A stretch of DNA of 63,646 nucleotides, filler included, from Reticulomyxa filosa (Eukaryota > Protista > Foraminifera), in NCBI GenBank assembly GCA_000512085.1. It is 20 parts of 20 records of this genome, joined end to end, with 100 filler letters (N's around TTAATTAATTAA, not from the genome) between each part and the next. Parts side by side here need not be neighbours in the genome. Positions count along the whole stretch, not along the records: positions 1 to 4,136 come from ASPP01003706.1; positions 4,237 to 6,996 come from ASPP01005952.1; positions 7,097 to 14,102 come from ASPP01007350.1; 17 more parts are not named here. One strand, written 5' to 3'. The stretch's first letter is position 1. Each line of letters begins with the position of its first letter. The notes beneath the pieces were generated by a model. That model did not search any database, was not told where the DNA came from, and saw only the letters and a program-made list of their open reading frames with translations. This document shows positions 1 through 13,696 of this stretch, one piece after another. The translations under genes and the position numbers were made by a program.

Positions 1-315
1 TGTTGGCATACTGGGAGCATCAATCAGATTGATAAGATAAGAAACACGCTGTTGTTGTTCTTTTTCCTCTTGCTCGTGATACAGGGACATATACGCTGAT
101 TTGATGGGAGTGTATTCACGATCTGCATCTACACGCTCCATGTCGTCGGATTTTTTCTTGATAACAATTCCTGCACTATTTATCAGTAAATCCATCACTG
201 TTGATTTCCCATGTCCAGTGTGTGAGAGAACGCAGACATTGCGAATGTTTCTTGGCTGGTCCATCAAACTTCGGAGTTGTTTCACCGAAAAATATACCTT
301 GGAGATCACAGTCAT
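1..315 (-). CDS. eEF2/EF-G family translational GTPase-like protein, N-terminus, with degenerate G motifs (runs off the window)
   Basis: Not in the ORF track. Manual translation from ATG at 315: MTVISKVYFSVKQLRSLMDQPRNIRNVCVLSHTGHGKSTVMDLLINSAGIV...DREYTPIKSAYMSLY...YLINLIDAPSMPT. This aligns with the eEF2 N-terminus (NIRNMSVIAHVDHGKST...ERGITIKS...YLINLIDSPGH). Confidence 0.85.
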   Translation of the reverse strand, partial: MTVISKVYFSVKQLRSLMDQPRNIRNVCVLSHTGHGKSTVMDLLINSAGIVIKKKSDDMERVDADREYTPIKSAYMSLYHEQEEKEQQQRVSYLINLIDAPSMPT

Positions 316-529
316 TCATCTTGGATTTATGACACTGGCAAAGAAAAACAAAAGCATTACCATATTCCTCTTTTTTGATTATTGAGCGCAATAACTTAAA
401 AATTCAAGTTTTTTTCTTGTTTTCCCCCTTTTTTTTTCTTACTTGATCAGAGCAAGTAGTATACCCAACACTTTCAGTTGAGTTCACAGCAACATTGTTG
501 GAAAAGGTGAAATATCCATCTAAAACTCT

Positions 530-1530
530 TTGTGCAGAACAAATGGATCCATCATTATCAAATGATGAATAATCAATGCTATTTACACAATTTGTGTAGG
601 GTAAATTTATACAGTTATGAAATTTAGAACCCCTTTTGTCTCAAACTCTCTCGTTTTCTTCTTCTTGTTTTGTTGTCTGTTGCCATTTATATTCTTCTTA
701 ATTTTTTGCTTTAAAGGTTGCTCAATTTGTTTATATGATTTTATCATTAACTTTTTTTTTAGATCGAAAGTGTTTCAAAATTTGTATTTTCTAGAAGTTG
801 CAACTCTTTGCATTATGAATCTTCTTTCATTTTTTTTTAAATGTCTTTATTGTTGCTTGTATTTCTTCATCTCAAGTTTCAATTGATGACTTGTCTTTCG
901 TCATCGATGCATCAATTACTAAATATGCTATTTTATTCCTAAATGTTACATTGCAATTTTCAGCACATGCATCAGCATTTTTCTTTTGTTTCCATTCTCC
1001 TCTCGCTAAAATAATTTCCAACTTAATAAATACGGAAAAAAACAAAAATTATTAAAGTTTACATTTTGATCCATTGCCTCCTGAACCATACAGATATGGC
1101 ACATTGACAAATTCAAGTGTTTAAAGTATTAAATGATATTCAAAAGTACAATGAAACAAAATCTGATCATATCCAAATCTTTGGATTTGTAATCTAAGGC
1201 CTTCAATGAATATTTGTCATCAATGTCCTTAAAGTTACAGTCCAGTTGTTTATATATGTTTGTGCATCATTCTTTCATTGTGCTAATTGATTTTGGATTT
1301 ATTTTCATCTTAAATTAAATAGTACAAACTGCTCTTAATTCAAGGTTAACTTTCTAGTCACTTTCATTTCATGGCATTACAATACCACTCGATATAACAT
1401 TAGCTACTATGCTTGTTTTTGTATCATGTTGGGCACTGTTCGCCAATTATCAATATGTCTTTGCGATTCTTGTCTTTAATAGAATTTAATTACATTTCAT
1501 TGTTTGCAATTCGTTTAAATAAAAAACACT
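530..1530 (-). pseudogene. Decayed zinc-finger/coiled-coil/WD40 gene
   Basis: Minus-strand fragments broken by stops: RIANNEM*...DILIIGEQC, QRFGYDQ...EYHL* and TNCVNSIDYSSFDNDGSICSA. The last closely matches the WD40 repeat at 62.3 kb (SVRSIDYSTFDDCQFICSG). Confidence 0.45.
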
Positions 1531-2583
1531 ACAAAACTGTAAATTATGATTGGTCATTCGACAATGCCACTCACTATCTGCAGTAACATTCATCGAACGA
1601 TGATGTTGTCGTTTCTGACCCTTTTACTGGTTTTGATCCAGACAATTGTGCAATTGACTGAGTCTATATTTTAGTCTTTTTCTTGTCTGTTAATTAATAC
1701 GCAGAAAATTTGAGCTTTGCAATGAGAATCATATCAAAGGAAAGCATATTTCGTCAGCATTTTGCTTGATTTCTTTTTCTAAACACTATTTCTTCATTAT
1801 GCTAAACAAAAAAAAATACTCCAATTTTTTTACTTATGTTAATTTGATGATTACTTAAAAAGAAAAAAAACGAAAACAGTTTGCATCAAGTTTTTTTTAG
1901 TTTGGTCTTGGTCAAAACCAGCAGAAAAATCAGAGAATCCACGAAGCGATATTAAGGTAATCTCCAAGATATTTTCACCGACTCCAATTTTTTAATTTTT
2001 GAAACAACAATTGAGGAAACAAAAATATTGCGATCTTACTGTGTTCGCTTAATTTCAAATGGTGTATTTTAATATTTTTCTGTCGATCATACGCTTAACA
2101 CTAAAACACAAATGTAGAAATAAACAAATCTTTGAATAAATTTGAAAAATGTTGAAATCAAATTTAATATATGATGTCAACAATATTTTAAATGGCTGAA
2201 TTGTGAGTAATAATTATTTAATTGTTTTACTAAGGGATAAAAGTATTGAAATATTCAAAATAAATTTATAAATTGACATGTTTCAAAATTGTTTTCAAAG
2301 TATTTACAAACGTTCAAATGAGTTACATTGATAGTGAATTAGTTTTAAAAAAAGATCTGAGCGGATTATTCAAAATTGTGTTCAAATTTTGAAGCCAATG
2401 ATTTGACAAAATTATCAAAGACAAGTTTTTCTTTGCATGTTAATGCAGACAGTAAGCGAATGAACCGATGTCAAATAAGACGTAATACACTACAAAATAA
2501 TGAAAAACGGCTATACCTTTTTCATGTTTTTGTCGTGAGTGTAATAATTGTCTACAGCAGTAAAATATCAAGCGTGTTCACGT

Positions 2584-4040
2584 TCAGTTTGAAGGGGTTA
2601 CAAAATGAGCCAGCTGCTGAGCATATTTAAAAACTCTTCTCTCCATTAAGTATTCTAAATTCAAAGATGTGACCATTGGCGAGATATCGAAGCCAACAAT
2701 GGCAGAGATACTTTTCCAATCTTTTTCATGCAATTTTTTGTTACTTAAAATTTGCAACAACAGTAAACTGGAATCTTCTTTAAAAACTTGCAATTGGTGT
2801 TGTATCTGAGTCAACAGTTGACTGTCTTTATTTATTGTGAGCAGAGTTGCGATTTGTGCAACTAATTGGTTGTAAGCATTTTCAACATTGTTATAATTCA
2901 TTTCAAAGGGATTATTTTTTAACCAGTCGTGGTACTGTCTTTGAAATGACTGTGCCGTTTCCCAAATTTTTAAGAGTTTTTGCGTTTCTTCTCTGTAGCA
3001 AATGTATTAAATTTCAAAAGATTCTCATTTAAAAACTTAGACAAATCTAAAAAGTAAAAATAAAAACTTGGTGATATTCCATTGCTGCAAGAGAGTGGTG
3101 TCAAAGCTATCTTCAATTTGCAAAGCTTGTGCATCGTGACTGACAGTTTGTTCTTCACGAACAATATCTTCGTACATGGTGACAAGATGTGTAAGCTTAT
3201 TGGGATTTTTAAGAGAGTCAATGTGGTTGAATTCAGTTTTAATGGCATTAAATTTGTCCACATATTTAGGTATTAGCTTTTCAAACAATGTGTTAATTTT
3301 CAATTGAATGTGTTCGATAATTTCTCGTTCAGTTTTTTGTAATGTTTGTTGTGCCTCTTTCAAGTGCGTTTGGTTCATCGCCTCATAACATTTACTCACA
3401 CGTTGTAATTTGCGAAGTAGGTCGATACTAATATAGTCATTTTTCAAAAAAAATTGCAAATAATTTTGCAAAGAAGCACATTGGTGATGCAATTTCTTTT
3501 TATGAATCTGAAAATAGGCTTGAATTGAGTTTTTCAACTGCAACAATTCCTCAATTGTTTTCGGTTCCACAAGCCATTCTTTTGTGACGCTTTGGCATTG
3601 GTTTAAAATCTCTTGACATTTTTCCGACAGCCTACTGCCGACACCGATAAATATGTTTTTCCTTAGATCTTGCACTTGTGCAAGGATTAAGTAGTTTATA
3701 TGTCGGCAATCGACTTCTACAATATAGCATTGAAAAAAAAGACAAGTTTTTTTAATCTCTTCACTCGTGAACTGCAACTGTTCCAGTTGCGTTTGAAGAG
3801 TTTGCAACCACAAACTTTCATTTTCATAAGAGCTAAGTTCATGTGGTTTCAATGAGATATTGAACACATGTTCATAGTGTTCAATATACCATTGCCTTTT
3901 CTCCTCCAAAGCATCCACCGAGTGTTGTATGACTGTTTGAACCTCGGATATTGTTTCCATTTGTGTCTTCTCATCAATGATAACACTTTTTTTTTTTTAG
4001 ATAATAGACATATGTTTTTGAGGAATGTTCCCGGAAGCAT
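2584..4040 (-). CDS. Dynein heavy chain tail/linker-like fragment (multi-exon, apparently truncated)
   Basis: Helical ORFs 3037-3960 and 2584-2901. Motifs LVEPKTIEELLQL and LSNKKLHEKDWKSISAIVG resemble the DHC stem and DHC_N2 (L.NP.LK.RHW..I). Confidence 0.55.
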
Positions 4041-4136
4041 TTTTAGTTTTTTTTTAAATAGATAAAAAAAAACTACTATAAATATAAATATATAAATTAT
4101 ATTATAATTTATATATTTATATTTATATTTATAATT

Positions 4137-4236
4137 NNNNNNNNNNNNNNNNNNNNNNNNNNNNNNNNNNNNNNNNNNNNTTAATTAATTAANNNNNNNN
4201 NNNNNNNNNNNNNNNNNNNNNNNNNNNNNNNNNNNN
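4137..4236. other. Artificial contig spacer N44-TTAATTAATTAA-N44 (first of 19)
   Basis: Identical all-frame-stop 12-mer cores start at 4181, 7041, 14147, 16731, 23179, 26211, 30170, 31443, 33952, 36297, 40254, 41478, 42611, 44621, 46508, 49797, 56012, 60827 and 62213. Confidence 0.99.
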
Positions 4237-5002
4237 TTTTTTTTTTTTTTTTCTTTTTTTTATTATTAATTTTGTTCTTTTTTCCTTCAATTTTTTTTTT
4301 TTTCTTTTGGTTGTTTGTTGTCAAGTACATTTTGTGATAGTCTAAAAAAAAAAAGCCTGATTGCAAAAACTTTTGTCCGTCCATTGAATGAACTTTCTTT
4401 TGTCTCTTTCTTCTTTTATTCCGCTCATTCTCTCCTCATTTTTTTTTTTCCTAAAAGAAAAATGTTGTTCAGATTTACCGTTATTTGTTTTGTGGTAAGA
4501 ATGCTTTTAAAAAAGCAGCCACATTTTGACTTAGTGATCACTTACGAGGTTATGACCTTCCTTGTTGTTGAAAGCGTTTTTAACAAAGCCGGCTGCATTT
4601 CTACTTTGCCAGTCTTTTATTTGTATCTCGTAGACAGACAAAACATTTTAAGTAAGACCAACATTTTATTCATTTCTAAGGAAATTGACAAAAGAAAGCA
4701 TATTTGTGGCAATTGTATTGATTCTTAGTTTATTATATATGTAATTTGCCCTTTATGGATAACAAAGATTATATTAGATTTCTTAATAATAGCTTTTCAA
4801 CTTAACAGGTATAAGACACTCAAACTTTTGCTCCAAAGTGGCCTAATTAAGATCATCCGCCATTTATGTTATCTAAAACTTGCAATAAAAGACTGCAAAA
4901 ACTTTTTTATCTTTTCCAGTAGTTTAGCGAACAGCTTTTTTCGAAACAAGGAAATTTCCAATATCTACATTTTTCGGTTCGAAATTATTATTCCAAAAGA
5001 CA

Positions 5003-6928
5003 ATGAAGTCTCTTTCGTATCTTCAACACCATGTGGAAAGCGTGCTAAAGCATGCGCAAGACGCAAGTGAGATATTACCATTGTTGAGCGAATTATTTGA
5101 AGTTGAAGAACTTAGAAGTATTGCTCAGGAAAGAATAAACAAAATAAAAAAGAATATCGACGATGGCAACACAAGTGGAAATGATTATAATAACTCAAAA
5201 GAAAGGCTATGTCATGTATATTTGCGAACATCATGCATTGACGAAATTCTTCCACCAAATATTCTTTTGTATATTTTTTCGTACTTGAAAAGTGCTGACT
5301 TGGAATGGCTACCTTTGCTTTCCCATTCATTTCGTTTTATTTTGACTTCAAGTGCATCATTATACAAAACAGTTAATTCAAAAAAAAAGAAGTTGAATAA
5401 TGATATTTATTTTGTTTGTGTTGTATAATGAAATATTAAAAGTATACATTAGCATTGAGTGAGCCACAAAGCTATATTTGGAAGAGGAAGATCAAAGAGA
5501 ATTTAATGTTAGAAGTAGATCATGCAGATACAGATGTCACAATCACAATTAATGACAGCCGAGTGAAAAGCAAATTTTATAAAAATGTGACAGATTTTTT
5601 TAATTGTTCGCAATTTCCTTGGTATCATGTCCGAAAATGGAGCATTAAAGGGTATGATAATTTAGATAATACTTCAAAAGCATTATTTATCAATAAACCT
5701 TTTCTCCTATATCGCTCATTGTTTGATCCAAATTCAAGTAATTTATGGAGAAATACTGTGTGTTTTTGGAGAACCTATACAATGGGAACAAAAAAGGAAA
5801 AAAAAAATTTGAGAAGAAAAATAAGAAAAAGTAGAAGACGAGCCAGTTTGGTGGAATGGCTGAAAAACTGGTATGAAAATGGGTTTCAAATAGGAAAAAA
5901 TCATGGTTTTATAGATTATTCTTCAATTGTGTCATTAGAAGAATATAAACACAATATTTTATCGGATGATGATTATCAAAAACAATCTCAATTTCTCTTT
6001 CAAATGATGTGTCCACTTAAAAAAAATTCTCGTTGTTGTAAATATTTGCAAGAGCAATTGAATCCAACATTGCGATATTCTACAACAGTAAATTCTATGG
6101 TATTTTGTATTACTGACAATGGCAGCAAGATATTTACAACAGACAGCAAAGATAATCTTCATTCTTTCTTCACTTTTCAACACAGTTTAAGAAGCTTTGC
6201 ATATCTGTGAGGCAAAAACACAAATTTAACAAAAAAATACAAAAACAAAAAAAGATGACTGGAAACAATCAGTGAAGTGGTTATGCAGAAATATGATGGA
6301 ATTGAAAAAATGGATTGCACTTGGAATTATTCCAGCAGTAAACACAAGAAGCATATTCGAAAAAACTCAGTATTTATATGATCATGTTTTGTGTTTGAGA
6401 ATGTTGATTGAAGATTCTATGCAACAATTTAGTGATGAATATAATCGTGTTTTGTGTCTAAAAATGTCGATTGAAAAATCAATAAAGAACGTTAATTCTA
6501 AATCATATGATGAAAATATCAAAATAACAAATACAATCGATGATGAAAATGAATTACGCCAAATGACTGGATTCATACTTGGAAAAGAGAATGATGAAAA
6601 AGAAAACGACAGCCAAGAAGATAATATAAGATACGAGATAAATTGGTGTAACATACAAATTGGAGATGAATTTTCACAAATTTGTATTGAAGGAATAGAT
6701 AGTTTAAGTAATGCAACGAGACATATTGTATTTGGTCAACTCGTTGATTTTTCAATTGAAAATGAAAATCAAAATCAAAATGAAAGGATACATGAAATCA
6801 ATGTTGAAGGCTGGAATATTTATAATATTTTGAAGAGTGACGATGCAAATCAAAAAAAGATATTGTTGATCTGTTTGGTATTAATTTTTCATCTTGGCGG
6901 GAAACTGTTGTTATGTATTTATTTTTAA
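5003..6928 (+). CDS. F-box-like protein (multi-exon)
   Basis: F-box-like motif CIDEILPPNILLYIFSYLKSADLEWLPLLSHSF. Three successive ORFs separated by short AT-rich introns. Confidence 0.6.
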
Positions 6929-6958
6929 AAAATAAAGTAAAGTGATTGCTTCTTTAAA

Positions 6959-6996
<38 letters not shown>

Positions 6997-7168
6997 NNNN
7001 NNNNNNNNNNNNNNNNNNNNNNNNNNNNNNNNNNNNNNNNTTAATTAATTAANNNNNNNNNNNNNNNNNNNNNNNNNNNNNNNNNNNNNNNNNNNNAAAA
7101 AAAAAAAAAAAAAAAAAAAATGTACACATATACGTATACATATATGCATATACGTATATATAGAAAAA

Positions 7169-7796
7169 CTTCGGTGTAATCATTGATGACAAAACAACTT
7201 GAATTTAAACATTGAATGAAAATGACGTCATTTCTGGTGTGAGCCTGATTCGGAAATAGATCGTCAAACTTGTGTTGTGCTGTGTTCGCTTGACTGCCCG
7301 TAGGTGGGTCTGAACTGTCGCTGACGTAACTCATGAAAGGTGGACCAAAATAACCTCCCAAACCCATTAACACACACCAGAGTACCAACACAAGGACACG
7401 GCAGTTGGAAACGAAATAAAAATATCTGTCAAATACTTTTTCAAATCTCGACTTCTTCTGGGTATCTTCTTTTCTTCCATTCTCTTCATATTGCTCACCG
7501 AGTGCAAGATAACCTACACCCACTCCCGATCGCGAGTCGTTTTGATTTCGGAAGTCTGCTGAAACGTTGCCAACTGTTGTAATTGTGTGCTTTCGAGATA
7601 AATACTCTTGCTCTTCTTCGCGGACGGGCCCCGCTTGAGACCGATATATATCAAGCGACGGTGTGATGCTTTGGTCTATTGACAAACTATTCCCGTTCCC
7701 TTGAACATTAGCAGGATCTTGGGATCCTGCCCATTGATTTAGATCCTCTGAGGGGTATGTTGGAGGCTGTGCGACAATATTTTTTCTCTGGCTCAT
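7169..7796 (-). CDS. MMPL/RND-like membrane transporter, 5' exon
   Basis: RVLVLVLWCVLMGLGGYFGP (TM helix) followed by PPTGSQANTAQHKFDDLFP, resembling the MMPL N-terminal motif P.GS.S..A...L...FP. Cut by intron and contig end. Confidence 0.5.
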
Positions 7797-8015
7797 GGTC
7801 CTGATTAGCTTTTTTTGTTATTACTTTTCGAAGTTTCGTTTTTTGTACCTGTTAACTGGCAAGCTTTGTTTCAGCTTACCAAAAAAAAAAAACTGGTAAG
7901 ATAAATATGAAACAGAACGAGTTGAATTTATTGTGATGATGCATACAGAAATATCTGTTGTTACAAGTTTGCAAAAGGGCTTGCTTGTAATAAACTATTT
8001 CAACAAAAAATTGAG

Positions 8016-9942
8016 ATGAGTCGTCGTCCAACAACAGTCATAACTGCACCAATTGCGGTGAGTGATGAAGATAGTTCAAGTGGCGAGATATTGGGACTTC
8101 GTCATGTGAGTGGAAGAGGAGCGGTCGAAGAAAGCAAGTCTCATACACACAGCCCAGCAAGCAAAATATGTCATCGCCACTCACACAACAATCACCACGA
8201 ATCAGCGAGCAATCGAAAAGACCCAGAGATACAAAAGCAAGACAAAGAGAAGCAGGCATCTAACGAGTGGATTCGTAGCTTTGGTCGATTTTGTAATATG
8301 TTCATACCATTATTGATCAATGCGTACTTAGTCTTAGGACTGCTGTACCTAACTCCTAATCTCCATTTGTTTGGATGAAGCGCTTTGGAACAATAGGAGA
8401 GTACGGTTATGTGATTATTCCTCCATTGTTTAATTGTGGTTGTTTTATACTGTACGCATTGGTGATGTGGACTTATGCAAAAGGGGCCTGTGTTCATCCA
8501 GGCCCGGTGTCGCCAGCGTGGAAAGAATGGGTATGTGTCGCAAGCCAATACATAATAAAAAAAAAAAAAAACAAAGCATGCGATTTTCCGTGTTTGTGAC
8601 ATATTTAATTATGGCTATGAAATTGGCATATGTGCACATATAAATATATACGTATACATATATGTATATATATATATATATATAACTGGGTGCAATTTTG
8701 TTTTTTTGTTGATGGAGTTGGGCAATTCAGAACGGTAACCCAGTGTTTCGTCCCAAATTACCATTGTTTGCCATGGAAGCATCGCAAAGAAAAACATTGA
8801 AAGGCGCTTCGTTAGTGTCGGTAGTGACAGATATGTCGAAAGAATTTTGTCGGCATTGTCAATCTTATCGACCTCCGCGAACACATCATTGCAGCCGTTG
8901 TCAAATGTGTATTTCTCGAATGGATCATCATTGCGCTTTTCTAAATAACTGTGTCGGACTCAATAACCATCGATACTTTTTGCAGTTTTTAATGTATTGT
9001 CAATCCGGGCTGCTTTTATACGATTTATGTGCCCTGATCGTCTTCTGTTCTGGTTCTCACGATCTCACATTTTCTCATCATCCGAACAAAGGTGTTGTTT
9101 GTCCGTTTTGTTTATTTGCTTCTTCTCTATACTCTCTCTCTCTCTCTCTCTCCTCATATCCGACAGCGAAATAAATAAAACACAAAAGGGCGCTTTTTTG
9201 TGGTGATGATATTACTGCCGGCTATTTCCGTCTTTTTTTTGACTTTTTGTTTTACTTTGATCTTGGGCCAAATTAGCAACATTTTGAAAAATCGCACATA
9301 TGTCGAGGTTCGGTTCGAAAAAGAGCTCGCCACTAAACGTCAAACTTCCAATCAATCAAACACGCTCAATGATGTTAATAACGACAACAACAACAATGAC
9401 AACATTAGCATCAATAAAAGAAACAAGCGTTTGTTGTTTAATCCTTTTTCTTTTTCTTTTTCTTTTCTTTTCTTTTATTTGTATTGCTCTTTCTTATCCT
9501 TTTTTTTCTCTCTCTCTCTCTCTCTCTCTGCCCTACGTATTAGAACGACAAATAAAAATTGGACTCGTTTCCTCAAAATAATACAACGCAATCACCATTG
9601 GATATCGACTTAGCTGATTCCCACAAAACGGAAGAACGAGAGTCGTTGATTGCAAAACCAGCTGACCAAACCGACAAAGTCAACGCAACGAATTCAGATA
9701 GATTCAATTCTGGCGACAAATGCCAAAATACCCAAATAATTATGGGCTCTTCTCTCTTACATTGGTTCTTGCCTTTGAGTTGGGATATCGACGAGGTTGG
9801 CGTACACTGGGCAATGCATAATTCAAGAATTACTTCTCACATGTATCGCTCCTACAATTCATGGAGACTTACTTCTTGTCTTCGCAGATCTATACTTTAT
9901 TTGCGAACAACCAGGACAAATAACGAAACTACCAATGTTTAG
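8016..9942 (+). CDS. DHHC palmitoyltransferase (multi-exon)
   Basis: FCRHCQSYRPPRTHHCSRCQMCISRMDHHCAFLNNCVGLNNHRYF. Also TM segments, HPG motif and RTYVE (TTxE-like). Confidence 0.95.
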
Positions 9943-12653
9943 ATCAATTTGTGAATGTCAAGTTCGAAACTAGTTTATACACTCCATTTTGTGAGAACTC
10001 CAACTTTCATTGACATAGTTTTATTATCCTATGTCTTAAATGTGTCTTGCAAATAATTATGATTTTACGCCGTTATTTTGATATCTTAGAACGTATTGAT
10101 CGTATTTTCCACTCTTATTCACTCGCTTTTGTCTGAACAATAGTGGCGTCAATTGATAATGTCACAAGTAGAGTTTTTGCAATTTTCACTCTTTTTTTCC
10201 TCCATTTTTTTTTTGCTGTTCTCATTGCAATTTTTTGGCCATTTGACCATTTTCAACTTATGTTCCTCTGTTCTGGATTTATTAATCGATGTTTTCGAAT
10301 GTTACAATAATGGCCCTTTTTGTCAGATTTGAAGATCTATACAAAATATTTAGTTTCTTTAAGCATTTTTCAACGTGCAAGAAGATCAAATTTCATGTGC
10401 TCAATGTCAATTTGGTTTGTACGATCAAAAAAATATTGTACAAGCTATCACAAATCATTCACTTCACATCTTTTTCCCCTAAATCATATACAAGAGACAA
10501 AAAAAACAGCAAATAAAGCATTATTGTAACAAACTAAAGCTTTTTGCTGAATATTATCATGAGCTCAATTGAGTTACATTCTCGTTCTTATTCATTAACA
10601 ATAAGTAATCAGTGAAGAATTACATTATAAAATTTGTTCTTCCTATTTGCATCTGTTTTTTAATTGATTTGATGCTGCAAAACTAAAAATAAATTCCTTT
10701 CCAAAAAAAAAAGTGTAATGCATATACGATATAATGGTGTCTATGACTTTTTATGGTGACTATCATTGTGCTAAATAGAAAAAAAGAAAGGTATATTAAC
10801 GTAATCTCATTGACTTAGACAAACATTTTTTCTTCATTACTATTATGTTTTAATTTTGAAATGTAATTATATATTCCGGTACATGAATAACACTTTTTAT
10901 AAACACTTTTATTTTATTTTAAGTATAAAACTCGTGCAGTTTCATCTTAAAAAGAATTGCTTTTTTGTTGTAATAAGATTTTCGGTATGCTAGAATAATC
11001 ATACAACAAATTCATTTGCTGAAGCTGTTTGTTAGACAAAAAACATTAATAACAATTTTCCTATAAAAGAACAATTTGCTGTTATGCAACAACTTTGACA
11101 GTTCACTACAAACAAGATATCTTCAAAATTTGTAAGAGTTGAATTTTTGACATATGTTTAGGGATTTACATTTTTCTCAGTTTGTGTATTGTAAAAATTA
11201 CTTGCAATATCAAAAAGAAAAGAAAGCTTACTTTATGCAATTGCAAAATTGGGCTGAAGCCAAATCATCTTATCAAGCGCTTAAAGGACGCAATAAAAGG
11301 GCTGAAATAATATGAATTCATACAATACAATGATTTGTATCTTTGATCTTTTGTTAACTGCGACTTCAATACGATTATTATGCTTTGAAGACTTTTAATA
11401 TGACAATTTCTAATAATCTAATTCTACAAATTTTTTAATAACTTTGTTAAATTTCTGCTATTGTTTTCTATAACAGAACTAATAGACAAATGAATTTTAT
11501 TAATTTTTGTTCATGTACGTTTTAATCACAAATGTGAAAAATCATGTTTAATAAATTTCGTTAGCAAAACTGACAAATTTTATACTTAAAAAAATATTAT
11601 AAAAAGTGTGTTGAATGTGATATAATAATGACATATAATTATATTTTAGAATCTAGATAATATCATGAAAATAGAACTAATTGTTGCCCAAGTCAAGGGC
11701 ATTCTATTTATATATGTATATATATTTTTCATATTAATCGTAATTGACATGAGACATAAAAAATTAATAATATATACTGATTTCATCTTACATGAATGAC
11801 ACTTCTTTTTTTGAAATTTTTACAAATTTGTCGATCTTTTAAAAAATTGATTTCTAGTTTTGTAACAATATCTTTTGTATGACTGAATAACAACACAATT
11901 AAATCATTTGTTGATGTTTAAAAAAGTATATCAAGACAGCTTCAAAGCTTATGATGAATAGATTTAAATGAAATTTTTGACAAAATAAAATTGTTTGGAA
12001 AAGAAGCTAGTCAAATGATAGATTGGCAAATGGGCAATACAAGATTTCATGTTCTTGGCAATTAGATTGTACGATGCTTTTAATTTTTTTCAAAAAAAGA
12101 CAATAAAGGAATAAATAAAAAGATAACAAATCTGCTGGATTCTTGATACTAATTCATTCGTATTTATTACTTTAATTTTTTTTTCATACATTGCCACAGC
12201 TGTTGCCATTGATCGTTTTCTCATATTAGTTTTATTCGTTTCATTTCACAAGTTAACGACAGCTTTAATTGAGAGAAAATTTGAAAGCTTTTGGAATGAT
12301 AAACTATTCTTTTCATCTCTAATTTTTGTCAAAATGTGCTATGGACTGCATTTTGATTGATTCGCTAATATATAATTGAAACTGTTCTAAAGTCGTCTTG
12401 ACTGTCCCCGAAGATATGGAGAGTTCAACAAAGTTGTCTACCCGTTCTATTTTTGGAGCAAGGAAAAAACATGCACAAAAGTATCTAAACAAAAAATATT
12501 TTCTTGGAATTGACAAATAATATAAGAGGGAATTAGTGATATATGTCTTCATAAAGAACATTGTGAAATTACTTTTAAGATTATGATGGATGTAAATGGA
12601 CCTAACGTGTTGTTTTCCCTTAAACCATAAAAAAACCTTCCTGAAAAAAAAAG

Positions 12654-13660
12654 ATGCAAGATGAAACAGGAAATTCGGAGTGGTCAGCATCTCTCAAAAA
12701 GAAAAAACAGTGGCTGGGTACACGTGCACCAAATTCATCACGAGAATCGAATAGAACAGGAAATTTCTTTCACGAGAGTGATGGTGGTCAACATAGTAGC
12801 ACGGATCGTAGAGAAGTGAAGCAGAGCCCCAGCACAGTGGTATGTAGTGCCAAGAGAAGAGGAGGGAGTGAATGTGGAGAGGAAATGGAGTGTGTGTGTG
12901 TGTCAGAGTATGTACATATACATACATATATACATGCAATGCATATACATATGTGTGAAGAACGAACAAAGAACAAAAAAAGCGAAACTTGAAACAAATG
13001 TGTAGGATAGACGAAAACCTGGGGACGAAGTGTAACAAATCCAGGAAAAAGTGGGAGTGATTTATCGCAAGAGATAAGCGTAAGCAATTGGAGACAGACG
13101 CAAAGGCGGACTTTCGACATACGGCCCGTCAACACCATCACCACAACAACAGCAACAAAAGCAACAACAGCAACAACAGCAACAACAACAACGGCAGCAG
13201 CACGAACAAAAAGAATGATCGGAAGTAACACCATGGAAAGGAAGGTAAAGCAAATAGGCCAAGAGCGAAGACAGGACGGAGAGAGAGAGTATCGAGAACT
13301 GCAAGGAGGAATAAGAAGAAGAGTAGAAGAAGAGGAAGAGGATGATGATGATGAAGAGGAAGCAGAGCACGTATACACATCAATTGTGCAACGAAGTGCG
13401 AGCGGCGTGGACAGTGAAGACAATGAAGATAACAGTGACTTTGACATGGACGAAACAGCGAGTACCACATCAAGTCACAGCAATCAGACAGCGTTGTCCT
13501 TTCGAACGGGTGGACTGTCTCACACTCGGTCCGAAAAAAACATCCAACGATACGTCATGCCACGATCTTTTTCTCGACCAAAAGTCCAGCGTGACGACAA
13601 TTCTAACAATAATAATAATAATATTAATAATAGCATTGACAATAATAACAATATTAATGC

Positions 13661-13696
<36 letters not shown>

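Noticed and set aside
10300-12650. Possible decayed gene or transposon in AT-rich DNA
   Set aside because: No recognisable motif, terminal repeat or sustained frame.
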